Position numbers and translations under genes: made by a program. Of a DNA stretch of 64,000 nt, positions 13,635 to 26,156 are shown piece after piece. Below the pieces are notes generated by a model. It ran no database searches. It saw only the letters and a program-made list of their open reading frames with translations, and was not told the origin of the DNA. How positions within the stretch are numbered: the stretch's first letter is position 1; each line of letters starts with the position of its first letter. Origin of the DNA: Massalongia carnosa (Eukaryota); the NCBI GenBank assembly GCA_965645245.1, contig OZ287074.1:806001-870000 (forward strand). Direction: 5' to 3'.

Positions 13635-14063
13635 GGCGGGTGTTGGATTTTCGTAATGGGGTGCGTTGCTACCTTGCTTAATTTTCAAAAAGGTGGATTG
13701 AGGCGCAATTCATCATTTGCTAGGTGCTTTCACATGAGAACTGGCGTGCTGCCATTTTATGGTTTTCTATGACATCTTACTTAACATGGTGGTTAATCAG
13801 GGTTGTCCTGTATTGGGCGATTGTGCAAGTGTACTCATATGGGGTATCCACTTAAATTGCGGTGTGGTAAGAGTTACTCGTATTAGAAAATGATCCATCG
13901 CTGTAAAACATTGAGTTTGGCAGCAATAGAGAGATTGGGTTGTTGGAAATATCCCACTCTCCGGACGAGACTCCTTCCAGCCCTGTGCATATACGGGAAC
14001 TAATTCCGAGACAAAAGTAATGAAAAAACCATCAATATTCGGCTCATAGTCTATAGCAGCTCC

Positions 14064-14892
14064 TCAATCGACGACAATCTGCGTAGACAGCAACTCATCC
14101 ATGTACGCGCGCTCTGCCTCCTTGTTCTCTTTCGCCTCTTCTTTCATTAGCACGGCCAGCACCTCGATAGGTGGCTTTAAGCCAAGCGCATCTGCGCGCT
14201 TCCAGCGCTTCATTCGCGCGATTCCGACACAGGGCTTATGGTTAGACAGAGGTATTAGCATCCGTAGGAGTTGCGAAGGTAGATCTCTCAGGACAAAGAA
14301 AACTCACCCCGTATTGGCTCGAAAGGTCAAAATGGCGCAAGATCTTCTCGTGGATGGATAGTCCTTCTTGATGCACTAGACACCGCCCACATGTCAGCAC
14401 TTGTATTTCGAAGCTTCCAGTTTCCCTAATTCAGCAAATCTGACGCAGCCACGCACCTCTCTTCGCCTTCCTCTCCTCCTCCTTAGCCACCCAATACCGC
14501 CGCACTTCCGCCTCCCCTATTTTCCCCGCTCGCTCCTCCACCTCGCTCCTCGGAAGAACTTTGGCGTTTCGGATCGCTAACCTCCCACCGGGACTCTTAG
14601 GCGCCACGGCTACTTTCTCCTCCCCTCCATCCCCCCCGCTCCTCCTCTCCGCCTCAAGCGCATTAGTTCGTTCGCTATCTTCCTGTTCGACTTCTGATTC
14701 CGATTTCGGAGCCGGAGAAGGAGTCGACTGCACTGAAGGGTAGACTTGCGCGAGGGGGGAGGGCTGCGAGAGGGGTTTGGAAAGTTTTTTGGATGACGGA
14801 GGGAGGGAGGGTTTGGTGACTTTGTTGGAGACGGGGCCGAAGGCGAGGGTTTTTTGGGTCGCAAGAGACGATTTTCGGCGGGTGGGAGGCAT
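14064..14892 (-). CDS. POLD4: DNA polymerase delta subunit 4 (p12/Cdm1-like)
   Basis: N-terminal QKTLAF PIP-like box; spliced VHQEGLSIHEKILRHFDLSSQYG|PCVGIARMKRWKRADALGLKPPIEV; two introns. Confidence 0.9.
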
Positions 14893-15918
14893 TTTTGGGG
14901 GTTATAAAGTGGAGTTTGAATTGTTGATTGACAGATGGGTTGGGTTGACGGAGGGGGCTTGCTGAATGCTACCTGGAGGGATGACGATAGCATTTTTCGG
15001 TTAGCGTCTCCAGTTGGCCGAGAAACGGCACTTTCACTAGCTTTTCTTCTCTGCACGTCACATCTCTACCCCGAAATACATACTAGGTACCAACGTCTGA
15101 ACGTTTAAGGAACAGATTCTTCGGCTCATGCATGGAATGAGAGGTCCGAGTATTCACAACGGGCATGAAAAGTCCGGCATCTGTCCGAGAATCCGAGTTA
15201 CCTTCTCAAATTTGTTTGAAGCTAACCCTCCTTTTTCCCCTTATGTCATTGTGATAGGAACACAAATTACGCTTTCTGCCAAGTTCATGCTTGCTTCCTG
15301 TTGTTCATGGGAGCTATGACTACACAGTCGTAAAAGCCTGCTAGAGGAATGTGATCATAATAGCACCATCCTATCCATTGTATGTTTTTCTTATCGACCC
15401 TGATATCTTTAAGGGCCCCGAGAACAGCAGAGCGATTTTAAATATCCAATTCCGCCAAATACAAATCTGCTAATGTACCTAACTGACGGCATGGAAGTAG
15501 GAATCAGAGTAGGAATCAAACGATGGAGCTAGGTTTATGCACCTAAAGAACGTGGTGACTGTGGAAAAGTACTCAGGAGTAGAGGCATTGGGTCTTTTCA
15601 AGTTAGAGTTGTATCCAGGAATACCCACACAAGGAGCCTTTACCTCCCCTGTAAAAGTACGATCACACCTCTTTGGCTGGTTTTGCGTTGTTCATTGAAC
15701 AGCAAATTGCGACTCGAGCTTGGTTGAGCTTTCATTAATTTACATCTCAACACAATTTCATCGTAGTTACGAAGTAGTTGCAGAATGTCATCATCAGAAC
15801 CGATCTAACCTTTTTGAGTTTTTTTACGTTCTTCGTTGAACGGACAACTGAGACTTACCACATTTCCCACCTTTGTTCCTCTCCAATACGTCTTCATGCC
15901 AAGCACACTTGATTAGCA

Positions 15919-15990
15919 TTAATCTTGCCACACCACCAGTAATCGTTTTCTAGTAAGCGAAAACGATTACTGTTGGTGTGGCACGATTAA
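15919..15990. repeat. 72-nt near-perfect palindrome (31-bp arms, 2 mismatches) bounded by TTAA
   Basis: ttaatcttgccacaccaccagtaatcgtttt - 10-nt spacer - aaaacgattactgttggtgtggcacgattaa. Confidence 0.85.
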
Positions 15991-17909
15991 GTGTGATTCA
16001 CTGGCTTTTCTTTCAAAATATTTTCATTTTCATCTAGCTTGCTGTATATTACCTACAACCACCAATCTTGCTCTCCAGTACTCTGTATTCCTAGTTATAT
16101 GCAGGCACAGCCTGGGAAAACTGAGTACCTAGGCAAAAGTAGCCTTACCTTTCTCCTAATCGATCTAACTTTTCTGGGTTCTTTCGCGTTCTTCGTTAAA
16201 CAGCCATTTCAGAGTCAACCTTGGTTGTGTCTTCATTGCTCTGTACTTCAACACATTTTCCCGCATTTGTTCCATTCAATCACTTCGAGTAGCGGTTGAA
16301 TCACCCATAACCTAGCATTCCATGCGTCCTCTCTCACCTTGTCGAAAGCGCGGATGTGCAAATGATAAGGGGATGATGATTGCTGCCTTGATATTTTACC
16401 GGAGTCGAGAAAGTACAACCAGATACGCTGATTGGGAGCGTGGACGTTGACGGAGAGGGTAAATAAAGCCATCAATACCTAGATAGGCATTCTGAGACTC
16501 GCTGAGACTCGTGCTGCTAAAGTGTTTTCTGGTTCACCACACCATATCTTGATCTTTTGAAGGATACGAACCAATCATGAAAGTTTGCACCCTCTCTCCT
16601 CCCTCAACGCTTCTTGAGTGACTTGTTTTTACTAGAGCTCATTACCTCGCTCTTCTTATATATTTTTATTGCATTGGACGGAGATGAGGGAAGAGTGTTA
16701 AGATAAGCTCCAGGGTAGAAAACCCATCGGAGCAGCCGTAGAACTTCCTTCGCTGCTTCATACGAATCGTTCGTCTTCAAAATCTTACTTACGATCCTAT
16801 CCTATTGAATGATTACACAAAGAACATAGGCTTCCAGGCCTCTCGTTTGGCGTTTCTCTCCAATTTCGTTCTGGCGTTAATCAAGGAATGTTAGCTATTC
16901 AAGCTTACTATAGCGCTGCGATTCTCAACGAAATTTTGTATGCCTCATGGTGAAGTACATGACTTCCCTTCAGGCGAGCAAGCGCTTGCAGTCCGTCAAA
17001 TTTGCGGCGGCGGCTACACAAAGCCCCATTGACAGCAGCTAACCACGACCAACAGATGGATCCTAAGGACTCTACTAGCACCGACCAACAGGAGCCGGAA
17101 GAGACCCTGATGTGTGTTCCTTTTCTCAGATTGCGTATTCTCTCTCTTCCCGAATGGTCCAACTGTTGGCTTTGCGCGTTCCACGGTCTATAAAAATGTC
17201 TCATGCGCCAGCCTACAATTCTGGGCACACCCTTGTGCATTCTGATACACTCCACCCCACTCCACTACCCTTTCACATTCCCATCATCAACAACCCCTCT
17301 CACCCTCCATCCTCCCTACAAGCAATGCAAAGCATCTACTTCCGGACCATCTTCCATCCCACAAACCCCTTTACGGGACGTCCGGGGGGGTTGATATGTG
17401 ATAACAGCATTCATCCCCGGTGATAAACGGCACGACACGATAAATCTACATACATACTTACAATCTACCTTTTACCCGCTATATAAAGCATTCTCCGTCT
17501 TCGCTAGGGCGCTGCACATTGTGCAGCTTGAGCGGAGGTTGCTAAAAAAAACCATGAACTTTACATTGGCATTGGCATTGACAGGCATTCGTGGTGGAGT
17601 GGTGGTTCGTAATGGTTAGTTACGTATTTCTTGTACCTTTGTTTGCATTCGAGGCTGGAAAATTGAGATGGCTTAGCAGAAACGATACTTACGCTTTCGA
17701 CGCCTGACAGAAGCAAACGAAGGGGATATGGATGAAGGTTAAGACAGAGAGAGGAAGACAGTTTTAATCCTTTCTTACTATATTCCGGTTCTTTCGACTT
17801 CTCTGCAAAAAATCATTATGCACGCTGTTGTGGGGTATAAAAATACGATAAAAAGCCGCCCTGCTGCTTAAGTTCCCAGAAGAACTCACACCCAGCACCA
17901 AAAATCTAA

Positions 17910-20900
17910 TTACACCCTCCCTCTCCCCTTTTTCACCGCCTTCATCGCCGCCATCGTCTCCCCTTTCCCGCTTTTGCGCCCAATTTCTACAACCAGGAAG
18001 CGGACAAAATCCTGCAGGACCCAATAGCTGGAGTGCGCACTCAGCATGTTCAGGTACTGAATCTCCAATGGCCCACCACCCGAATGTAGCGTGTAATCAA
18101 TTTGCCCATTATCATTCAGCAAATACATGCGCCGCTCGGCTATCTCCTCGCGCGTGAAGTCGTGGGTTTCCATCTCCAGCGTTGACGGCATCTTGGCAGC
18201 CAGGGGGCGCTCGGGAAATTCATCAAGGTTATCGCCGGAGATGTTGGCTTTGCCGGAAGAGAGAATAGTGCGACTTCGAAAGACGGAGCCGATAGATTGC
18301 ATCCATGTGTTTGTAGCACTGGGGACCGAGGCTGGTCGAAGAGAAGCTGCATAGTCGACGTCGACGCAGGCGTTGAGGCGATAGGCAATGGGGTCATTGT
18401 AGTGCATGATGTTGTAAAGATTGTCAACGGCAAGGCAACCATATGTACCAACTTCGCCAGTAAGGCTAGCACTCAGATCTTCGCCATCTGCGTCGGGTTT
18501 GTCTCTGCCTTTACGGGGTAGCAATGGTGCTCTATTGAGAAGAAGAAAGAATCCAGCCGGGCTCCCGCAGAAAAATAAGCTTTTCGTATCAAACTCAAAG
18601 ATATCGTCATGAGGCTTTTTGCTCTTGAGGTCCAAATATTTCGGCAACTTGGTCGGCTGCGTGCTGAGTATATCCAGCGCCATTACACTTCCAAGGGAAT
18701 GAGCGATGAGGTGTACTCGGCCAGTTTCTTCAAAGCCAGGGTTATTACGGCACCACAGCCTGTATATCCGATTCGCCTCCTTAATGACTGCTTCGATCAT
18801 CTTCTTCTTGTGGTGCGAAAGATAATATGGGATGTCTAACATGACGTCGCTAATTAGGTTGCGCACTGCTGGAATGGATTCTGCGGTGATATCTTTTAGA
18901 GTGAATTGGTTCTTGGACGAATGTTCGTCTCTGCGATTGAGGTCTGTCTCTGGGCTGCCGTCTTCTAACTTCAATGTCGCTCGCCAGTTGATCTATGTAA
19001 TTTTAGCTGGAGTTGTCAAACAAACCAGGCAATCGCATGTTTACTGGAAGGACCATAATACCCCCAAGGCCTTGACGCAGCCAAGGCTTAACACCGTCAG
19101 CTTCAAGCTCCAAGTTGATCTGCCTTCTGAAAGCATTGATCGCGTGAGTGAAGTGAAAGCTTTCAACCCTTTCCGATAGTTTCTGCCCAATGCTATTTTA
19201 CATTCACAGAATTAGAATCCAGCCCACACCAATATGTAAAGCGCTTACCCATGGATAACCAGCACCAAATCAGTTGCTTTGGGCCTCTCCTCCTCAGCCG
19301 TACAAGCACTACATGACTTGCATCTTTCTAAGGTGGGTTTGCTTGTCCGAGTTGGATCCGCATCCTCTCTGAACCTACCTAGTGGGGTTGCTCTCTTCGA
19401 CTGTGGGTAGATCTTCTCCCACGCTTTATAGTCAAAGCCACGGACTACTGGAATACCCACAGACCTACCCTTGCGAATAGCCGCCAATGGTCGCCGTCCA
19501 CGAGCGACAGAAGGAAGCAAGCTAGGTCGCAAGATTTGTGCGTCCCTTCCATTAGCAAAGATAAGGCTGGACTTTGCATACAGTCTGACCGGACCATCCC
19601 TCCCATCAAGAACTCCTGCTGCTCGATTCTCGGGATCTCCTGCAGCAATGATAGCATGCTTTCGATTCCGCTCCTCAGGGTCTAGCTGACTTGTCGCAGT
19701 TCTAAGCAATGAACTCTTGCTTTTGGCAGTTCCTGGCCGTATTTCACCACTTGGCTCGTCACTCGGCCATAATTTATATACGACCTTCAGTTCAGCATCA
19801 GCACCAATTTCAAGACAGCTATTAAGCTCATCGACATATGTTGGAGTCCATGGTTTCATATATTCGTAGCCCTCTTCGATTTGATTGGCAACGTCTGATT
19901 CAACAGGCATCATGGTATCTTTGTAGAACCATGTGCCACGAATAACCGAGCATACGTCATGGATAGGGTCCCAATATATTGGACCCATCTGGATCACGTT
20001 AACTTGAGCGCTTCGATACAATGACACGAAAGCGCCTACTTACTCTCAGTTCAGGCAGTTCAACTACATGCAACCGGGATATGCCAACAGTGATGAAGGC
20101 TTTTTGCGATCTAGATTTGTAATGTAGGAAGCGACTTTGATGCCCAGAGTGCGGCTTTCCATGGTCATCAGACTCTGAATGCCGGGAACTGGACCGGTCA
20201 GAGCGAAACTTTCGAGAAAAATGCCTTGAACGAGACGGTCTAGCCCCTTCGCCTTCACTAGCTGATGCATTTCCATCAATTTGACTGGCCTCTGGCTCTT
20301 GCGTTGATGGTCGAGGCGACTGGGATCGAGATCTTCTCAACCTACTGGGAACGCGAAGAAATGGAGTTCCGGTCGTATCTCGCTCCGACGGGCTAGAACC
20401 ATATAGTGCCTCAGACCTGTTACTTTCCTGTTTGGGTAAGCTCTTGGATAAAGCAGATGTCTCCTTAGGCTTTTTCTTCTCGGTTTTCTCTCGTCGGCGA
20501 AAGGGGCTGCGGTGTCTTCTTTTGGTAACTCCGCTTCCAAACTCGTCGTTACCAATTTCCTCAGAGCTGACCGGCATGGCGTGATCAAATGGGATATGCT
20601 CCGGATCGTCACAAAGGGTCAGGTGTGGGTCTCCAATCCTTTCGGGGCCCTCTTCTGAAGCATCATTGTTGACTATGGCAGGGCCAATATCTTTTCCAGC
20701 AAGAAGTTCGCTAGATTTTAGTCCTTCTTGACCTCCGGCTTCATGATAGCCATCATCTTGAGGTCCTTCCCCATCCTTCTCTTTGACGCTTTCGATGATG
20801 CTTATAGTACTATCAACCCCGGAATATGGTTTACCAAGGCCGATTGGTAGGCTTTTAGGTTCTTCCCTCGCTAGGTATGATTCGGGTGCGTCTCTTGCTT

Positions 20901-21186
20901 TCTTGTTGCGTTCTGCATTTTGTATGATTTGCCAGGCCTCTTCAAGCGCAGTATTATCATAGGCTGAGAACGGTCGAGGAGGGACCTTAGATGGCAGCGT
21001 ACTCGAGCTGCTTGAAGGCGGAGGTACTGGCGTTAGGGGATCATCAATAGGTAAATTGGAGCTGTAAAAAAAGTGGGCTCTAATTTTCGGTGGATCTGTG
21101 GAAAGTTCTGAAGCATGACGGTTGAAAACGTTTGAGACAGGTTGAAGCGAGCAGGATGGACCGTAGGTATGCGTCAACGTAGCCAT
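17910..21186 (-). CDS. DDL1: DDHD-domain phospholipase A1 (Ddl1/YOR022C-like)
   Basis: LVLVIHG|IGQKL, lipase motif HLIAHSLGS, FFCGSPAGFF, YNIMHYNDPIAYRL and AHSSYW; three introns. Confidence 0.9.
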
Positions 21187-21557
21187 AGCTGCTGTAGGTC
21201 TTCAAAGGACATTAATAACTGTTAAGGCGGTAAGGGCTCCACAGGGGAGAAGAAGGATTTCTTAGGTCGCCTGCCAGGAGGTGAGCGAATGAATGCATTT
21301 CCGGTATAAATAGAGGGCCATGGGAAAGGGTTTAAGTGGATTACAGAAAGTCTTTAGGTCACGATGACGAGATGAACGATTGAAAATTGAGCATAAGGAG
21401 TTTGAAAGATGGATGAAAGGTAACGACCGTTGATCTGTTTTCGGCCACGCGGGGCAAGCAAGCCCGAAGGTGCCACCGCTGCCTACTGCACGAGGGGCAA
21501 TATGTTCCCGTTCAGGCCGTTCATGACGCCCACACCATTAGTTAAAGCAAAAAGATA

Positions 21558-22863
21558 CAGTATTAGGTCAAAGGTTTCCGACAGCCCCCCTATCAACTTT
21601 TTACCCCCCCCACTACTTTGAATTATCAACCACCAAGTCTTTATTTTGATGCCTTAAAACTTCGTACGATGATTACATACATTCTAGCAAGGAATTTGGG
21701 CTGAGAAATATATTTTTAATATTTCGTATACCATCCTTTCGCTTGGATGCAAGCTTCAATCCTCCTTTCTATGCTCTCTATTAAACTTCTCAACATTTCC
21801 TCATCTATCAAGGCCCATGCTTCTTCCAACGCTTTTCAAAGGACCTCGCGGACTTCATCATCACTATCAGTCACCGAATCGATGTCCGGATTGACTAGAT
21901 AAACGAGCTGTTTGAGCACATACCAAACGTGCTCGATAGGATTCAAATCAGGAGAATAAGGAGGCCAATCGATGATTGTTACACCGTTTTCATCGAACCA
22001 TTTCTTCACCTTTTTGGCAGTATGAATCGGTGCATTATCCTACATGAAAATGAGGCCCGGTTCCTAAATTCTAAGCAGATTATCGTTCAATAATTCCAAA
22101 CATGACTTTGCTTCGAAATCGCGAGCCAATTTGTAAAAGATCCGACATTCCTTTCCTCCAAAAAGCACCCCATAACATGACCTTGACCTGCGTACGGTTG
22201 TATCATAGGTTTTTTCCATTTTTCCTCCGGAAATATGAACATCCATTGACGCTGTTTTCCCGACCCCTTTTCCACCGAATACTCGTCTGACCATATAATT
22301 TTCGACCATTGCTCAGAATTCCACTCACGCCGAAGCAAGCACCATTCCAATCTCTTCTTTGCCACCTCGGGCGTCAATAAAGGCCGCTTTTTAGCCAGCC
22401 AGTTTGTTAGACCGTAGTCTTTGAGCGTCCGATAGAGAGTGGATCGACTGCATTGCACTCCGGCCTCCGTACGCAGCTGCGCATAGGTGATGCGTGGATT
22501 GATTCGTGTAAGTCTGATGATACGTCTTCTATCGCGATCTGAAAATATTCCAGGCCCCGATCGCGATTTTGACTTTTCGTTGTTGCGTTCTGAGTGCTTT
22601 TGAAGAGTGTAAATGACGGTGGTTCGAGGCACATTTGATGTCTTCGCAATTTCGGCCGGTGCATGCCCCAACGCCTGGGCTCCAATAATCATACCTCTTT
22701 GACATTGATTCAATTCGATATTACGAGGCTTATTACCAGAAATTGAAGCCAACGGAGTGCGTGGCATGGTGAAATGATGAGGTCAAAATTGATGGGATGG
22801 TGGGGTTGAAACGCGAAATCACGAAAATCGCGGGTAGAGTCGGAAACTTTTGACACGGGACTG
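21558..22863 (-). mobile_element. Tc1/mariner element A (DD34E), decayed
   Basis: Imperfect TIRs CAGTattagGTCAAAgGTTTCCGAC versus CAGTcccgtGTCAAAaGTTTCCGAC; TA at the left flank; transposase remnants inside. Confidence 0.85.
21716..22767 (-). pseudogene. Tc1-like transposase pseudogene of element A
   Basis: HTH N-terminus, WSDE, FM*DNAPIH (in-frame TAG), WPPYSPDLNPIE and a GWYTKY* end; frameshift near 22.2 kb. Confidence 0.9.
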
Positions 22864-24276
22864 GTAGACACCGAAAGTCCTGATAATACGCTAATGTAAA
22901 GCTAATACTAGTGTCTTGGCATATTATAATGCCGACTTCTGGAATTTCTAGTCATCCACCTCGTCATCGTTACTATTATTACTATTATCACCAGCTCGAA
23001 GGCCTCGTCGACCTCGATCATATCGTTCTTTTCGTTCTTCACTGATATAAAGACGAACTCCGCTTTCTACTTCGGTGAAACCTTCGCGATACTGATTCCC
23101 ACCCTTTAAAGCTATAACCTGCTGAATATGACGAGGTATGCGCTCAATCCAGTGCTGACGTTTCTGAATTAATGTATTTTTCCAGCACCGAGTCCAAAAC
23201 TTTTCCACGATGATTCTGTTCGTCGGACAGCCTCTTCGGGTGATTTGTCGCTTCATCCAGGCCCAACAATTCTCGATCATATTGAGATCAGGAGAATTTC
23301 CGGGCCAAATCAAGCGCATAACTTCTGCATTCATAAATATCTGATCCTGATGTTTACAAGCATGACTGGGAGCCTTGTCTTCCTGTATCAAAGTGTCCGG
23401 ACGATTTATCATGCAGTGAAGAGCGAAGGGAATCAATTTGGGAATTAATATGTGAGTTGATAGCGATACCAGTCAAATTTTCATTTACCATCTCGCTCCA
23501 ATTTACCGTGAGCTTTGTTCCATGTCCAAGTGGGCTTTCGACCTCCAGTATTTCGTAGTCCCATTCGTCTTATTCCGTTGATTAATTCCCATTCTTCTTT
23601 CGCTGCAGGTTCTGCAATATCGTTGAGTCGTTTCAAATGCTCAATTGCAGCCTTGTTTTCAGCAGCGGTCTCGTCTTTCCAAATGTGCATAGGACCTTTC
23701 TTATCATAACTAAAAGAACCCCAAAACATGAACGACGAACGCATATTTTATTGTACGATTCGGTTGAATCGCGCCATACTCGTATGCATGCTCGACGAGT
23801 GCCCAAACAAACGCTTGTTTCGTCGATCCAAATGATCTTCTTCCAGTCTTCGATCGTCCAGTGTTTATGTCGCAAGGCGAACTGATATCGAGCCTCCATC
23901 ACCCGGCACAATCAGGTTCACTCTCCAAAAAACGCATCAAATTGCATGAAACTCTAGCCAAAGCGGAGAGCGCGCTAGCCATTCAGATACGCTCAGAAAA
24001 GATAGGCCTAGCCGCCTTCCTACATAGACACCGAGTCCCAGACGTCTCGTCCCCGAACTGCTCATGTGGCTGGCACAAACAGACTGCAAAACATGTGATC
24101 ATGTTTTGCAAACTCAACGACAACAGAAAAACTCTGCTAAATACGATAGGCACAAACAACTATCGATTAATCACTGAGTCATCTAAAGCAATGAAATTAG
24201 TCACAAAGTGTCTAATGAAGACAGGTTTATTGTCACAATTTTCGCTGACAGCACAGCATCTATACTGCTAACAGTA

Positions 24277-26156
24277 CGGAGGCGAATCTCAAAAGTAATG
24301 ATAATACGCTAAAAGCTAGTGCCGTACTTTAAATTTTCCGTACCGAGCAAATTTTCCCCTTTTCTTTCCCCTTTTCTCATCCCAAATCATTTACGAACCA
24401 ACATTTGATCAAATCATCATCATGGTCAATAAATCAGCTGATATTTCTTTGCGGGCTCAGGTCTTGACGTTGTCTTATTGCACCCCGGCCTCAATTGAAT
24501 TTATTGCAGCTACTACAGGTTATTCTGTCCCCAACATTTATCGTATTCGTCGCATTGCCAGGGATCGAGGATTTGATCCCGCCATTTCTTTGCAGGTGCT
24601 TGATAAATACGCCCGTCATGAAGAAAAATCTGGTCGACCGAGAAAGGCTACTACTGAGAAAGAAGATGAAGTCATTGATCTAGTCATAAAAGACAGATAC
24701 GCCCGTGAAAAAACCAGTGCCCAGTTGGCAAGAGAAGTTGGACTGTCCAGATGCACCGTGTGGAGAATCCTGAAACAAAGAGGCTATAAAAAAGTCAAAC
24801 CGTCGTATAGACCAGGGCTTACTCCTGAAATGAAAGCGGCTAGACTGGCTTTTTGTCTCCTGTATAAAGACTGGACCGTGGAGGATTGGAAGCGGGTTAT
24901 TTGGTCAGATGAAACAGCAATAGTGCTTGGTCACCGTCGCGGAGCTGTCAAAATTTGGCGTACAACCAAGGAAGGAAGAAGACCAGTCAAATCCACCGTA
25001 CGTGCCAGGTGGCATGAGGCTCATGAATTCATGTTTTGGGGATGCTTTTCCTACGATTGGAAGGGGCCATGTCATTGCTGGAAACCGGAGACAAAAGCGG
25101 AAAAAGCGGAAGCCAAAACCAAGCTTGACGAGATGAATGCTGCATTGGAAGCCAGTGAGAGATTAAATTGGGAGCTGACCAATGGAATGAGACGTCTTTC
25201 AACTCGCAATTTACCAGGAAAAAAGCCGCAATGGAAATGGGATGAGGAACATGGAAAGATGATCGGAAAAGAAGGTAAAGGAGGCATTGATTGGTGGCGG
25301 TATCAAAACGTCATACTTCTGCCAAAACTGATTCCTTTTGCTCAGCAATGCAATGCAAAAAGAAGAGAAGCCGGATTGTCTGAAATGATCGTACAGGAAG
25401 ATAAGGCTCCGTCTCATGCTTCCAAGCATCAGATTCCCATCTTCTCTCGTCATGGCATCGAGCGTCTTTTATGGCCCGGAAATTCTCCTGATCTCAACAT
25501 GATTGAACCCTGCTGGCCCTGGATGAAGCGACGTACAACTGCCAAAGGTCCTCCTAGTTCTCGGGTAATTGCTGAATCTATGTGGCATCGCACTTGGGAC
25601 GATCTACCTCAGGAGAATATTCAGGCATGGATTGAAAGAATTCCACGTCACATTGCAAAAGTCATTGAATTGGAAGGTGGAAATGAGTATTGCGAAGGAC
25701 GTTTGGACGTTGATGGACGGACCAAAGAAGGAAAATTGCGACTTCAACAGCTGAGGGAAGAATTGCTCAGTAATACAGCAAAACCAGCTTCTTCTTCTTC
25801 TTCTTCTTCTTCTTCTTCTTCTTCTGTGGCGTCAACGAGACCATCATCCAGACAATCAAATGATGATACACCCAGCCCGTTGAATGTCAGGGCAGTTACC
25901 CCTGAGCCCCCTACACAGAAGCCATTGACACCCCCCTTATTGAGAAAAAGAGCCGTTTTATCTCCGAAAAATCACCTTCCCCCACGCATTCAGAAGGTTA
26001 TTCGTACTGCAGCCAGTTTCAGACCAAAAAGACGTTGATTAGATGGTTGGTAATGGCATTTGTAGATAGTTGGTAGAATTTCAGGCTCGGTATGGAAAAT
26101 CTAACTTACGGCGCTAGTCTTTACCGTATTATCATTACTTTTGAGATTCGCCTCCG
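24277..26156 (+). mobile_element. Tc1-like element C, structurally intact
   Basis: TA TSD (24275-76 and 26157-58); perfect 32-bp TIR cggaggcgaatctcaaaagtaatgataatacg extending imperfectly to ~70 bp; one uninterrupted ORF. Confidence 0.95.
24422..26038 (+). CDS. IS630-Tc1-mariner DD34E transposase, 538 aa
   Basis: SGRPRK linker and HTH; WSDET, QEDKAPSH and WPGNSPDLNMIE, with 34 residues between D2 and E; Ser/Pro-rich tail. Confidence 0.92.
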   Translation: MVNKSADISLRAQVLTLSYCTPASIEFIAATTGYSVPNIYRIRRIARDRGFDPAISLQVLDKYARHEEKSGRPRKATTEKEDEVIDLVIKDRYAREKTSAQLAREVGLSRCTVWRILKQRGYKKVKPSYRPGLTPEMKAARLAFCLLYKDWTVEDWKRVIWSDETAIVLGHRRGAVKIWRTTKEGRRPVKSTVRARWHEAHEFMFWGCFSYDWKGPCHCWKPETKAEKAEAKTKLDEMNAALEASERLNWELTNGMRRLSTRNLPGKKPQWKWDEEHGKMIGKEGKGGIDWWRYQNVILLPKLIPFAQQCNAKRREAGLSEMIVQEDKAPSHASKHQIPIFSRHGIERLLWPGNSPDLNMIEPCWPWMKRRTTAKGPPSSRVIAESMWHRTWDDLPQENIQAWIERIPRHIAKVIELEGGNEYCEGRLDVDGRTKEGKLRLQQLREELLSNTAKPASSSSSSSSSSSSVASTRPSSRQSNDDTPSPLNVRAVTPEPPTQKPLTPPLLRKRAVLSPKNHLPPRIQKVIRTAASFRPKRR

